Origin: Marsupella aquatica
Taxonomy: Eukaryota > Plantae > Marchantiophyta
DNA: 64,000 nt
Direction: 5' to 3'
NCBI GenBank assembly: GCA_973895155.1
Contig: OZ316893.1
Span: 13,978,545 to 14,042,544, forward strand
Each line of letters starts with the position of its first letter. The stretch's first letter is position 1. Below the pieces are notes generated by a model. That model was not told the DNA's origin and did no database searches. It saw only the letters and a list, made by a program, of their open reading frames with translations. Of the stretch, positions 48,372 through 62,817 are shown piece by piece. A program made the translations under genes and the position numbers.

Positions 48372-49508
48372 TGTGACACCTGAATTTTTCGCAAAATCAA
48401 TGGAAGATGGAAATAAGATGCAAAGTTCACGAATTAATTGCATTTTGGTACCCAAATGCTCAACTTTACCTTGCTGACAATACTTATGAAGGACGCTTCT
48501 GAGAGGTGTCCCATGGAGACCAAACTTATGAAGGACGATACTCGGCGGAAGTTCGAAGACAGATTTTTGTTACCCATTTACCCTAGTTATTTAGTGATCT
48601 TTTTCTACCTTAGTTTAGTACTCAATTTTTATTACTTTTTTTCTAAGTTTTGAAAAGGCATGACTTTTCATTTCCCCTTTTTATGCTCCACTTAGACCTA
48701 TAAGATTATTGTTTTCCTTTTTGTTTTTCAGTGAAGCTTGTATTCAGTATTGCAAACTTTTGCAAGTTTCCCTCCTTCCTTTGTAATCATTGCTTTCGAG
48801 AATGATTTATGAATGAAGTAAAACACTTCCTTTGTGATGTAATAAATTTATTTCAGACGATTCCAGTTGGTGCCTGAGTGTTTCATTACAAATTTCCAAG
48901 ATCATATGAATTCAAATTAGGATTAATTGCTTGTGGGTCAAGAATCGCTAAGGATTCAATGATAAATGTGGATAAAAAGGAGCAAGATTCTGATTTCAGA
49001 ATAGTTAGTACCGTTACCCTTACTTTGGCATACCCACTAGTGATAGATCGGAGTTGCGTATCGCCGAAGTTCTATCCATGTTGACGGCATTTTAGTGAGT
49101 ATCATTGTATCGGTCACAAAAAAGCTACTTTGGTGTTGGTGAGCATTTATCCTTTCTGTTTATATTTTCATGGTGATGGAGAAGAGCAATTGAGGCGAGA
49201 TTTGTTGCAATCTTGTTAACACAATAAGACCAGAATCCTTTTTGAAGGAGTGGCAGTGGAGATTCAATCCATTGGACCTTGGTTCTAAAAGCTTTTCCAT
49301 AATCCATGACTTGGGAATTAATCTTTTCTGTTCATTTTGTTAGTTTATCCATTTGTTTCTCTTTTGTTTGAAGATTTGGTTGAGTGATACTCTTAAGTCT
49401 TCAAAACAGTTACAATCATTCAATCCATTCCTATTTTGTTCTTAAAGGGATCGAAACCTTGGTCTTTAAGTGAAAAGTGTCACTTTTGATTCTTTCGGCT
49501 ATACCACA
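48372..49508. mobile_element. Solo LTR (gypsy-like TGTGACACC start) inserted in a RepHel exon
   Basis: TGTG...CACA ends with TSD GTGGT/ATGGT (4 of 5 match). Removing it restores the frame ..RGQTNQESG|HHYLGRMNVVCPSC. Confidence 0.85.
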
Positions 49509-52500
49509 ATGGTCACCATTACCTTGGACGCATGAATGTGGTGTGCCCATCATGTAAAACCTTGCACTGGACAGCAGAGAAGGTGAGTTCTACAAATTTT
49601 AAGGACTCTCCATTTGGCAAGTGTTGTAGTCATGGTAGGGTGGATTTACCACCATTGCGATCTCTTCCTCCATTATTGGCAACATTGGTCTCAAGTGAGG
49701 GACCAACAAGTAAGAAGTTTTTGAGTCATATTCGAGCTTATAACTCAGCACTTCAGCTTGCATCCACCGGTGCTAACATGTCCGGAGAAGTACATGGCGG
49801 CATAAAACATCTTTGCATTCAAGGTGGGATCTATCATTCTATTGGCCCTCTTTATCCTGAGGTAGGACAACCCCCAAATTTGCTCAACTTTACATTTATG
49901 ACACTGAGCACGAGATAGAAAATAGAGGCAGGGTAATTACTGATGGTATTGAGATTGAGACCTTGAGAGGATTACAAAATCTTATGCATGAGCATAATGC
50001 ATATGTGCGATCTTTTCAAGCTATAGCATGTGAAGTTGGTAGTCAAAATGTGCGCATAGTATTGAAAGCTAGCGAAAGAGGTCTTGATGCTAGACGTTAT
50101 AACTTGCCAATAGCATCGGAGGTCGTAGCCATTATTCTTGGAGATGGAAGTGAGGAGGTTGGTCCACGTGATATCATTGTATACTTGCATGGAGGAGGGG
50201 TACGTCGTATATCTGATCTCAATCAGGCATATATTCCTTTGCATTTTGTTTTGCTATTTCCATATGGTGAGGCAGGATGGCATATAGGCATTCGAAAACG
50301 GAATTCTTCTATATTAGAAGAGACTATTGCTATGGAAAGTGAAGAGGGTGTGGTGGAGAATATTATTCACGAGAGGGTCTATGACAATGTCATGGATAAT
50401 GATGCACATGCAGATACAAGGACAAAAAATGTTACCCCTTTGGAGTTTGCCTCATTTAGGCTTCATACACGACAAGATAATCCTATAGAGTGCATGGATG
50501 GTAGTAGGCTGACACGTTTTGATAGGCTTTACCAGGAGTACATGATGGATGTTTATGTCACTATTGAGAGCCAGAGGTTGACCTATATACGTACCCATCA
50601 ACCTCAGTTAAGAGCGCATCTATATCAGGGGGTTCAAGATGCCATGACAAGACATGATCATGCAGCAGACATTGGAAGACGCATCATATTACCTTCGAGC
50701 TTTATAGGAGGTCCACGTCATATGCACCAATTATTTTAGGATGCCATGGCTATTGTTAGGCATTTTGGCAAGCCTGATTAATTTTTGACAATGACATGCA
50801 ATCCTACATGGAAGGAGATCATGGATGAGCTGGTATGTAGCAACCAAAAAGCAGCTAATCGTTCTTACTTGATTGCTTGGGTGTTTGAACAAAAGAAGAA
50901 GACATTATTAGATCTGCTAAAAAATCAAAAGATTTTGGGTAATTGTGTGGCAAAGATACATACTATAGAATTTCAAAAAATAGGTTTGCCACACATTCAT
51001 CTTTTGATGTGCATGAGTTATGAGGACAAACCACAAAATGCTACCCAAATTGATGATGTTATTCCGGCGGAGATACCAGATCCTATTTTGCATCCAAGTC
51101 TTTATCAAACTGTGGTTACCTGCATGATGCATGGACCATCTGGTGCCCAAATGAGAAATGCTCCATGCATGAAAAATGGAGTGTGCTCAAAAGGTTTTCC
51201 AAAACCTTTTGCCTCCCACACCACATTCAACGAGGATGGATACCCGACATATCACAGGTGCGTTGATTTCAATTACTTATATACCATGCTTTCATGTACT
51301 TATATTATATTTATATGTGTATATAATTATATTTACCTTTGATATTTTTCTTGCTTTAAACACTGCAGACGAGAGGATGGTCGTACGGTGAAGAAGAAAA
51401 ACTATTTCTTGGACAATCGTTGGGTGGTGCCGTACAATAAATTACTATGCACACTTTTTGATTGTCACATAAATCTTGAAGTTACAAGTGGCATTGCTGC
51501 TGTGAAGTATATTTATAAATATGTGTACAAGGGACCCGACGCAATTTTGGTCCGATTGTCATGAGCTAGTGGCACAATTGAGACGGGGGCACCAGTAGAT
51601 GAGGTCTCAGAATATCGAGATGCACGGTATTTATTTCATTTCATATTTCTATTCTATTTTTTACTAATTCATTAATCAATTTCAAGTTTTGCAATAATGT
51701 GAATTTCAAGTTTTGCAATAATGTGAATTGACTTAAGAGTTTTTGTACAACTGTTATTTGATTCTATTTGAAGATTTTGCAAATCATACTAATATTTCTG
51801 TTTGTAGATACATCTCATTTGTTGAAGCATGTTGGCGCATTTTCAAGTTTTGTTTGCATTTGGAAGAGCCAAGTATTGTTCGATTAACTGTTCATCTTGA
51901 GAATGAGCAAAGTATTGTTTTTAGTGAGAACGTAACAACCGAGGAGATTTTACAATGGAGGGTGGCAACCACATTGACAGAATGGTTTGCAACGAATGTT
52001 AGTGATCCTGGGGCACGACAATATAAATACCATGAGTTTTCACTTCATTACAGTTGGAACAAGAACCAAAAAAAATGGATTCTCCGTAAGAAAAAGATTA
52101 AAGGCTGCGGATATCCCATTGGCCGTTTATATTTGACTCATCCAGGTATTCTTTTTATCTTGACTTAATTATACTCAAATAATTGAATTTATTATTATTA
52201 TATTCAAAATATTTATTTTAATGAATTTTTGTTGTGCAGGTGAAAGAGAACGTCATTGGATGCGGTTACTTCTTCATCATATTAAAGGGGCTATTGGATA
52301 TGACAGTTTGAAAACAATTGGTAATGTAACCATGCCCACTTTTAAGGAAGTAGCAATTAAGTTGGGACTCTTGGAAGATGATTCAGAGGTTATTGATTGT
52401 TTGAGGGAATGTTCAGAGATTCGGACTGGATGTGCAGTCCGTCAATTTTTTGCCATCATTCTTCTCTACAACACACCTGCACGCCCTAAAGAGTTATGGG

Positions 52501-52677
52501 ATCAATTTGTAACATCCATGATAGAGGATCTATTGTATTTGAGACGTCAGGTATTCTTTTCTACACAAATCCATTTCTTTACTCATGAGGCATAACTTCT
52601 AATAAAATGATTTAATGCGCTACATTCATCTTGCAAACTAACATTGGTCAACCACATTGTATTTGTAGGAATTTGGA

Positions 52678-52917
52678 ATGTCTGATCTTCCTCAACATGC
52701 TGTTATCAATAATGCATTGTTGGAAATTGATCGTTATTTACAAGATCACAACAAACAATTGTCCCATTTTTCTGATATGTATCAAGCAAATTTTATTATG
52801 TCTGATCTTCCTCAACATGCTGTTATCAATAATGCATTGTTGGAAATTGATCGTTATTTACAAGATCACAACAAACGATTGTCCCATTTTTCTGATATGT
52901 ATCAAGCAAATTTTATT
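52678..52917 (+). repeat. 120-bp in-frame tandem duplication in RepHel
   Basis: MSDLPQHAVINNALLEIDRYLQDHNK(Q/R)LSHFSDMYQANFI x2, one mismatch. Confidence 0.95.
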
Positions 52918-55900
52918 TGCAATAAAGACGCTCATTCTCATTTGGAGTTAGAGGAACTCTCATATGATCGTGTTGCACTACGTGCATGTGCATTGGAAGG
53001 AGAGGAAAAACTAAATGATGGACAAAATTTAATTTGGCAACAAGTGAATGATGTTTGTGAGACCGTATTGCAAGGTGAATCTCCTCGGGTAAGTATATAC
53101 ATTACCTTTCCATATAGCTTTGCAACATGATTATGAGATGTTTTATTTTGACACTATGAATAATTTTCATGTCTAACTCAAGGTTTTTGTTTTATCTAGG
53201 AGCATCTATTCTTTATTGATGGACCAGGTGGAACTGGAAAGACATTTTTGTATAATCTTCTACTAGCAAGGGTCAGATGTGAGGGGCACATTGCTCTTGC
53301 CGTGGCATCATCAAGGATTGCAGCCTTACTATTACAGGGAGGTTGCACGGCACATTCACGATTCAAGATTCCACTCATTGTTCACGAAAGCTCTACTTGC
53401 AAGTAAGAAGTTAAAATTGTGTTTATAGTGAGATTGAGTTCATAAAAAATACTAATTTATGAGATATTGAGCTATTGGTTTAGAGACATAGTACAAATGG
53501 TATTTTTTCATATTTTTGTGATGATGGTGTGCAGCATAGTAATGGAGAGTGAAGCCATACGCTTGATCCGATGCGCATTATTGATCATATGGGATGAAGC
53601 ACCCATGACTCATAGACATGCCTTTGAGGCTGTTAGCCGGACACTTCAAGATATCATGAAGAGTAACTTGTCGTTTGGAGGAAAATTGATGGTCTTTGGT
53701 GGTGGTTTTCGCCAAGTGCTTCCTGTAGTTTGGCATGGAGATCAAGCGGCCATCATTCGAGCCACCTTCAAAAGATCTTCTATATGGTCAAAGATAAAAG
53801 TGATGAGGCTAAGTGAGAACATGAGAATAAAAACACTAGAAGGTATGTTATATTATCAAGAATTCTTTTTTTAATTTTAATTTATACTAGGTGTGTTATG
53901 ATATTTATAGAGTATCATTTTCACTATTTAGTTTATGAAATATTAAAATTTATCTTAGCACCAACCTTTCCATGTTGGAATAAGTACATATATTTTTCTT
54001 TAATATTTGCTTCAAAAAAAACTGACAACCTTTCTGGATTTTCGTATATGTAGGAGAAGAGGCGCTTGAGCAACAAGGCTTTAGCGATTGGTTATTAGCA
54101 ATTGGAGAGGGAACTTTGCCAACTGAGTCTGATTTGGGTGATGATGTCATTCGTTTGCCACATGACCTGATAATGCCAAATGACCATCTTAGTGACCTAA
54201 TTGTTGAGATCTATGGCTCAGATCCAGTGAACTTCAACAATGCTAACTTTTTAAAAGATAGAGCTATTTTGACCACCACAAACAAAGATGTGGATAAGGT
54301 CAATGAGGAGTGATGTGTGGCTTTCCTGGAGAGGTAAATCCCTTACCACTAGCAACTTGAAGAGCCTTCAATTTTATCTTTGAAGGAAAAACATTTCAAT
54401 GAAAGTTAGTAACTTTCTAATTTTTATCCATGGAGTTTTGCAGGAACATGAGTTTTTGAGTGCAGATTCAATTCCCAATGAAGCAACTGCCTTCATGTAT
54501 CCCACAGAATTCCTCAATACATTGTTGCCATCTGGTTTACCTCCACATAAGTTGACTTTGAAGATTGGTGCACCCATCATGCTTTTGAGAAACATGAATG
54601 GGTCAAGAGGACAAGCTAATGGCACTCGCTTGATAGTTCGTGGTTTTGGGCGTCATGTCATAGATGCAGAGATCATCACAGGGAAGAATATCGGAGACCG
54701 TGTTTTCATTCCACGCATTCCTCTTATTGCATCTGACTCAGGGTTACCATTTGATCTTCGTCGATTTCAATTTTCCTATTCGTGCTGCCTTTGGTATGAC
54801 CATCAATAAGTCTCAAGGTCAAACCTTGGCAAAGATTGGGATATTTCTACCAAACCCAGTTTTCTCGCATGGTCAATTATATGTGGCATTGTCTAGGGTT
54901 GGTGCCCGGACTGGTATTCGCATTATGATAGCACGGAATGCATACCCCAATAAGGATGACCTTTACACAAGGAATGTTGTATACCGGGAGATTTTAAGAT
55001 GATTGTGTGATCATGGGAGGGTGCGTATCCATCAAGCTCTTGGTTACACCGGCACGAGCCCGTGCATGATAGAACGGCTTCTCTACTCCAAGCTTCAATA
55101 ATCAATTGTTTCAATATTTGACAGGTAAATATTCCTTCCACATTCATTCAATTCAATACTAACTTGACCCTTTTTTTATAGCATGATTGGATCTTCTTAG
55201 CACTTGGAATCTTTTTGAAGAGGGTTATATTACTTACTCCACTCTCTTTATATTCCATCATTCTAGATGCATTCAATCTATTGCAATTGATTTCCTCCTA
55301 TGACCGTTCTTTTGGCTTCTTCTTTTGGGTGTTTTTGCAGTTGTAGTTTTGGTTGCTTGGTTGGTTCCACACTCCAAGCAAATGGAGCACTTCTAGATAT
55401 TCAAGCAGATGTGTAGTCTACAATGGACTATTTCATGGTGGATGTCATATGACATTATTGTTTTATGTCATGTTGACATCTACAAGCCATCTAACATACC
55501 TTATGTTCAGATTTTCACCATTTGAATAAAATTTAGGGTTTTCCCCCACTTGAACCATTTTACCATCAAGTTTTGAGTCTTGGTGGAAAAATTTCTCAAG
55601 TGAGGTTTCCCTTTGCCTTTTGATACACTATTCTTATTATTTTCTCAAATCTATTTTGTCTCAAGCACTTTTTGGTCCTCATCGCTATTGACGTTCAAAG
55701 AACGGGTAGTCGGAGCTAGTCTAGACTCATACACTAACATCCATAAAAAGTCGTTGGGAATTGACTGTGAGTTGACATGTGGCTATCATGGGTAAGGGGC
55801 CTGACAGGAAAATTTAAGTAGACGCCACATGACATTTGGACACATGATTGCCCCATTCACGTAAACTAAAGACAGAACAATACAAATTAAGTTGTGATTT

Positions 55901-56314
55901 CAAAATGGACTATTTATAGGAAAGTGAAAAAAGATTTTAAATCTATTGGGAGTAGATCAAGAAATTTTATTTTCTCAATTCTCTCTATGAAATATTTTTT
56001 CGAAGTTAGTTTTTTTTTCCAAGTTAGATTAACACTCACTCCCAGATTCTTTTTTGCAATAACCTTATTGACCAAAGACATAGTGGCCTCAAGAATAAAA
56101 TGGCCCCAACAACAAAATGATAATTGTTTGTAACAATGAAATAGATCATGTAATGACAATTTAAAATATGACAATTATTATATTTTAAATCCCATTATAC
56201 AAAACTATCCCATCTCAAAGCTTTTGTGCAATTGACAAAAGTGGCAAAGGAAGGAACAAACCAGTACCATGGAAGGAGAGAAAGGATTTCTCTATCAGCA
56301 GAGGGCGACCACAT

Positions 56315-56658
56315 TGTTGAGCATAGACGACATTCGCAACGGCAAGCCCATGAACCATCCAACGCACAATAGTCGACACAGAGAGATACGTGGTTCACCT
56401 CCACATGAGGCTACGTCCACGGGAACACACAAGAGCTTTACTGCACTCTAGGCCGACCGGCCATACCAAGCATCCACAGCACAAGCTCTCCCTATCTCTC
56501 AACTAGCTCCGTAACAATGAGCCTAAGTTCCACCAGGGTCTGACATCAGCCCTGGCTATATGCACACCAGCACTACCGCTAACATTAGCTAAGTCCTAAC
56601 CCGAGTTAGACTAACTGTGGTTAGCTCATGAGTCACAAGACTAGAGCAATATCTAACA
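56315..56658 (-). repeat. 3' LTR of copia-2 (344 bp)
   Basis: TGTTGAGCATAG...ATATCTAACA followed by AACTCCCCCTT (PPT complement). Confidence 0.95.
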
Positions 56659-56856
56659 AACTCCCCCTTGACTCTTGTCTTGGGGACTGAACTAAATGCT
56701 ACCATATGGAATCCTCAGCTGGAAGTTCTAGACAATCACCAAACCAGGTCTCCCCCTAAAAACCACAAGGGTTAACTAAGGGTTAACTAGAACTAAGCCG
56801 TAGCCTAATAGGAATGAGTAATCCATATACAAATAGTCACACATAGTTAAATAACT

Positions 56857-59800
56857 CTACTTAACTTGCAAAGTAGCACGGTGTCTTGAGAAACTCTCCA
56901 AAGGAATCACTTTGGTAAAGGCATCGGCAGGATTGAGCTTTCCATCAATCTTGACTAGCTCAAAAGTTTTATCAGACACTGCTTGCCTGATAAAATGGTA
57001 CCTGATATCAATGTGCTTCACCCTGCTATCCATCACCTGGTTAGCAGCCAAGTGAAGAGCACTCTGACTATCACAGTTTAGAGTCATTTTGCCATGCTCT
57101 AAACCCATCTCCGTGATCAACTTCCAACCAAATTGTTTCCTTTGTTGCTTCTGCTGCTGCAACATACTCTGCTTCTGTAGTAGACTGAGATATACACTTC
57201 TGCAAGGTAGATTTCCAACTGATACATCCTCTTCCCAGAGTAAATACAAACCCAGTTGTAGACCTCCTTGTATCTAGACAGCCTCCATAGTCAGAATCTA
57301 CATAGCCAACTAACGTTCTATTTGATCTGTTATCAAATAGTAATCCATAGTCCTGTGTACCCTTGAGATACCTGAGAATCCACTTCACAACTTCCCAATG
57401 TACCTTCCCTGGATTTGACATGAATCTGCCAACCTTGCCCATCGCTAGGGCCAAGTCAAGCCTAGTACAAGTCATCAAATACATCAGACTACCTACTGCC
57501 TTCTCATAAGGAATCTTAGCCATCATACCTTTCTCCACAGCATCTGTAGGAGAGAAAGCCGATGATAACTTGAAATATGAAGCTAAAGGAATACTCACTG
57601 GCTTACAGTTTTCCATATTGAATCGTGCAAGTATTTTTCTCGCATATTGGCCCTGACTCAAGCACAACTGTCCAGTATCAGAGTTCCTAAAAATCTCCAT
57701 CCCTAAGATCCTCTTGGCCTAACCAAGATCCTTCATCCTGAATTCAACACTCAATTTCGCCTTGAGACTGTCAACCTCAGATTGATCTTTAGCCACAATC
57801 AGCATGTCATCCACATAGATCATCAGAATGATAAAACCAAATACATCATTCTTGACTGATTTCGTATACACACAAGGATCATACACCATCCTTGTAAAAC
57901 CTTGAGCAAGCATGAAATCATCAAACCGCTTGTTCCACTGTCTGGGAGACTACTTTAATCCATACAAGGACTTGAGCAATCTGCAAACTAAGTTCTTTTG
58001 GCCCTTGTTCATAAAGCCTAGTGGTTGTTTCATGAAGATCATCTCTTCCAAGTTGCCATAGAGAAAAGCAGTAACAACATCCATCTGATCCATCACCAGA
58101 CCAAAAAACACAACAAGCTGACACAAGATCCGAATTGTGGAATACTTAGCCACCGGTGAAAAGACCTCATTGTAGTCCACTCCTTTCTCCTAAGTGAACC
58201 CCTTGGTAACAAGCCTTGCCTTGTAGATCTTATCTCCACCCTCTGAAGGACTGTCCTTCAACTTGTAAATCCACTTGCTGTCCACCACTTGCTGACCTCT
58301 TGGAAGCTCCACTAGCTCCCATGTCTTCTTGTCACTCAAAGATTGCAACTCCCTCTGCATTGCTGCATTCCACTCATGCTTATACTCTGAAGCACAAGCC
58401 TCATTGTACGAAGAAGGCTATCATTCTTCCAAGACCAAAGCCATATCATCATCATCAGGTGCAATGTCAATGTCATCTAGCTTAGATGAGTCTGCCCATT
58501 GACCATACCTGGTAGGAGCTCTAGTAGAACGATTGGAAGTTCTTCTAGTAGATGACTCAAGTTGATTTGCTGCTGCTGCTGGTTGAATTTGAGGTACCCC
58601 AGCAACAATCTCCTCTTCTTGTTCCATCACAGGAACCAGCTCCAAGCCCGGAGCTTCTCCATCTCTCTTGTCATGAACTGCATCATGACTAATCTCCCCC
58701 TCAACCCGGTCCGGGATGGGAGATTTTCCCTTGTCAGTATGGAAGTCCTGAGAACTCTCCCCCTCCTTTGATGATCTGGATTCATTAAAGGACACATCTC
58801 TACTGACAATTAGCTTACAGGTTACTGGATCCCATAACCTATAACCCTTCACACCTTTCTGATAGCCAAGGAAAATGCACTTCTTCGACTTGGACTCCAG
58901 CTTGGATCGAAGCTGGGAAGGTGTAACAACATAAGCATCACATCCAAAAATCCTCAGATGTGAGTAATCTGCTGGACGCCCGTACCTCATTTCAAATGGC
59001 GTCTTGAATCCAATAGAACTGGATGGAGAAAAATTTACCAAATAAGCTGTAATGTTGACAGCTTCAGCCCAAAACTCATGTGGTAAGCATGATTGACTCA
59101 ACATACTCCTCGAGCGGTCCAATAGTATTCGGTTGAGTCTCTCAAAAATACCATTCTGCTGAGGAGTATAACTTGTTGTGAGATGGCGGGTAATCCCTTG
59201 CTCCTTACAATACGTTCCAAATTCCCTGGAACTATATTAACCGCCGTTATCCGATCGAAGATATCTCACCTTATTACTAGTCTGATTCTCTACTTGGGCT
59301 TTCCACTTTTTAAAAGTGGCAAAAACATCAGACTTATTGTGTAGAAAATATATCCACACATACCTTGAGTAATCGTCTATGAACGTGACATAGTATAACC
59401 GTCCAGAATGTGAGGGAGTAGGGGCTGGACCCCACACATCACTATGTACATACTCAAGTACCTCCTTGCTGGTGTGAGTTCCAACTCCGAAGGATTTCCC
59501 GTGCTGCTTCCCTAGCACACAGTGCTCACAAAATTCCAACTTACAGGATTGCAGATTAGAAAGTAATCCTTTCTTCTGAAGAATAACCAAACCTTTTTCA
59601 CTCATGTGGCCCAAACGGAAGTGCCACAGCCGGGCCGTCTCCTCATGAGATAAAGTTACATTGGCTTCATCACAGACTACACTGCCCTCCAAAATGTATA
59701 GATTGCAATGTCTCTTTCCCTTCAATACAACTTTAGTACCAGTTGAAACCTGAAGGACACCATTAGCAGAACTCCACTGATGGCCATTTGCTTCTAAAAC

Positions 59801-60067
59801 TCCAAGTGAAATGAGATTTTTCATCATGCTGGGAATATATCTTACATTCCTCAACATTCTCATAGCACCATCAAACATCTGAAATCTTACAGATCCAAGT
59901 CCAACAACTTGACATGGGATTCCATTTCCCATCAACACTGACCCGTTGGAAACCATGTAAGACCTGAAACAATCTCTCCTAAAGCAAATGTGAAAAGTAC
60001 ATGCACTATCTAGAATCCAGTCATCACTACCTGGATTTGACGCTACGTTGAGAGCATAACCTTGACA
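56857..60067 (-). pseudogene. pol: Copia-2 pol, disrupted
   Basis: WILDSACTFH, WHFRLGHMSEKG, HSDVWGP, LRSDNGG*, IYVDDML, GYVDSDY, KHIDIRYHFIR; several stops and frameshifts. Confidence 0.93.
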
Positions 60068-61122
60068 TCACAATATGTCATCATCATCAAGTAAATCTAC
60101 CTCATACGAGCTCGATGCCGCGTTAGCAGAGGCAGTAGGGACCTTTACTCGACAATCCCTTTTCATGTGGCCAAGCTTGCCACAATTCCAACATGCAAGA
60201 GGCTTCCTCTCTTGCGATTTCCCTCTGGATTTAGATCTTCCCCATGATGTAGATCTAAACCTGTTCTGCCCATTCGAGCACTGCGCTGCTCTTCCCCTGT
60301 TCACATTGAGCGCAGTGCCAGAAGAAGATGCTGTCTGTGATTAACCGAGCTTCTTCTGAGCATCATCAGACAGTAAAGAACTCACCACCTCATTATACGA
60401 AATGGACTTCAGATCTTTATACAAGAGCACCTGTTTCAAGCCCTGATATGACGGCGGTAAGGAGCTTAGCAGAAGTAAGGCCTTATCCTCATCTTCAACT
60501 CCTTTTCCTAGGTTTGACAGATCCACTGCTAGACTGTCAAACTCATCCAGGTGATCCTGCATCTTGCTGGGTCCTTGAGCCTGAGGCTCATCAAAAGAGA
60601 CTTCTTGTACAACCGGTCTGACGCATCTTCCCGGTAGTACTTCTCTCTTAGAGCCTTGAATAGTGACGAGCAATCCGCATAATCATCCAGCTGCTTGATG
60701 ATGTGCGGCTTGAGATAAATCATCACTGCATTGACAGCAATCACCTGCTCCTGTCTCCACTGCCTCACAGAAATCTCCTCCTCTCCATCATACTGCTCTC
60801 GCGATGAAAGCAGATGAGCTAAGCCCATGGCCCGTAGAACGCCCTTCACTTGCTTCTCCCAAAGCAAGTAATCAGTACGACCATTGTACTTCTCCACCTC
60901 AAACTTCACTCCTCCAAATCTAGCCATCTCCCTCTTCTTCTCAACTACCGACAGCTCTGGTAGTAATACGGCTACCTCCACTGCACACCACACCGGTGAT
61001 CGTACCGGTGTTACAAGTTCCTCCTCAAATGGTAGTAGCTCCTCCTTAGACTCTATGTTTGATCGTCGCGATCCTGAAGCTCCACCGATGCCAATTCTTC
61101 CAGTATCCTCCGAGTCACTCAT
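60068..61122 (-). pseudogene. gag: Copia-2 gag, disrupted
   Basis: MSDSED.., KFEVEKYNGRTDYLLWEKQV, LLSSLPPSY, CWNCGKLGHMKRDC. Frameshifts near 60570 and 60340. Ends in TGA at 60068-60070. Confidence 0.92.
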
Positions 61123-62817
61123 ATGAAACAATCATGAAAAAACGTCTTTTTTCAAAACTTCTCATAAAACTCAAAACTCAATATCGCCGCGTAGCCCACG
61201 AAGCTAGGAGTCCAATACTGAAAGCCGAAATCAAAATCAAAATTTGACGGAAAAGTTATTCAAATTTCGGTCGGGGTGGGTAAAACCTTGGGAAACTCCC
61301 CTGTTTTGACCACCTCGGAGAATAACCGAACTACCCAATACAACCCGTCGTTGAAATCGCAATGTGATCGGTGCGCCGCGTTGCCAACTTCAATGGCTAT
61401 GACCTCGCCAAAAGAGAACCCAAAAAGTTACCGTTTGGCGGACGGAATCTTTGTCGAACGGCCAAAAAATAGCTCTTTGTCTTTTGAGAATATTCCTGCA
61501 CAGTCCGACAGGTCTCACAGGGGGCCGTTCCCCCTAGTGAAGCGGTTAAAATGGAGGGCGGCAGGTCCTGGCACAAAGGACAACCAAAGGAGAGGAAAAA
61601 AGCTTTAAAAAGCGCCCTAAAGGGGGTGCTAAGGCCCCTTAAACTGAAATACGCCCCAAAACGCGCATCCACGTATGCGCGACACGAGGCGGACCAGGAA
61701 GTATATGTGTATCTGGCCGAGCGGCTACAAGGCGTATGGCCGAGCGTCAACTCGACCGCGTACAAGCAGCTAACATGCGCGAAGGGGCTAGCCCGGGGTG
61801 TAAAAGAAGTCGCAAGGCGACTTCATGACTGCCGAGGGCAGTCGCTGGCAGCAGCTGGCGTACGTGCGGGGGGGTGGGGCGAGGAACGGCAAGTTGCAGA
61901 CCCGGGAGGGAGCGAGCGGGAGGGGGAGGGGGAGGACGGCGGGTCGCACGCCGGCCGGCGCTGCGGACCCGATCGCGGCCGCGGCTACGGCTGAGTACGC
62001 CATTCGGGAGGGAGTATGCGGGTGAAGAGGGGTATGCGGGGCCGAGCGAGGGTGTGAGTATACACCCTTGTGTATACACACTCGAAAAAAAAGGGCTCCA
62101 AAACCCCCTTTAACCCATAAAATGACCCTTAAAAAAACAAAAAGTCCTGTTACTCACAATGCCGCCGCCGTTTCAAATGAGAAAAGTGCCGACTACTGAC
62201 GGGAAATGTTGCCGAATCACACTGGCGTTGTCTGCTACTCCAGCACTATAAAAACTTCCGCCACGTTGCCTTCACTCCGCGTCAAGTGCCAATCTCGAGC
62301 TCAAAACGACTGCCTCACCGTGATCAACCCGTTGAGCCGTAGCACTTCGCGTTTCTTCCACCGAGTCGGACGGCACGAAGAGAAACCCGGTTCAGATGAG
62401 AACAAGCTCCATAGCTTGTGAAAAAACCTGAACGCCTCCGTCACTCGTCACGTCTCACTCGGTAACAACTCGGTAGCAATCCAGCTACCGAAATGACCAG
62501 CTCGCTTCAACCTTCAACTTGAGCTATAATGTGCGATCCCTCCCATGCCACAGAGCTCACACTGTTGAAAAAAGCGAACTCTGGTCTCTCCCCTGAAATA
62601 CCGTCGAACACGAATAAACCCTAAATGATGCAAACTTCAATTCCTCCGCACCACGGATACCGATCAACAAGTTCTAACCACCGTTAGAATGCCCTCTCAC
62701 TAACCTATCCGCACAGCCACACACATTCGAGTTTCATGCGATGAAACTCCAAATGTACCATCGACAATGAACGCTGGAAAAACCCATCACAAAAAAACCT
62801 CGTCACCTCCCAGGCAT

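Larger units (their letters stand above)
46620..55002 (+). pseudogene. Multi-exon Helitron Rep/helicase (Zn finger, HUH Rep, PIF1 helicase)
   Basis: CPSCKTLHW..CCSHG; FLTMTCNPTW, IEFQKIGLPHIHLL, KYIYKYVYKG (Rep motifs 1-3); GPGGTGKT, IIWDEAPM, FRQVLPV, MLLRNM..NGTRL, MTINKSQGQTL, FSHGQLYVALSR. About 14 GT-AG introns. Premature stops, frameshifts and a solo-LTR insertion. Confidence 0.95.
43021..55719 (+). mobile_element. Full-length Helitron (formerly autonomous, now disrupted)
   Basis: 5' A|TCTACTCACTTTAATATA at 43021. 3' hairpin CGTTC-AAA-GAACG (55692-55704) then CTAG|T (55716-55720). Encloses the RepHel gene. Confidence 0.85.

Noticed and set aside
55051-55072. GCACG-AGCC-CGTGC hairpin as the Helitron 3' end
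   Set aside because: Followed by GATAG rather than CTRR; the hairpin plus CTAG|T at 55692-55720 fits better.
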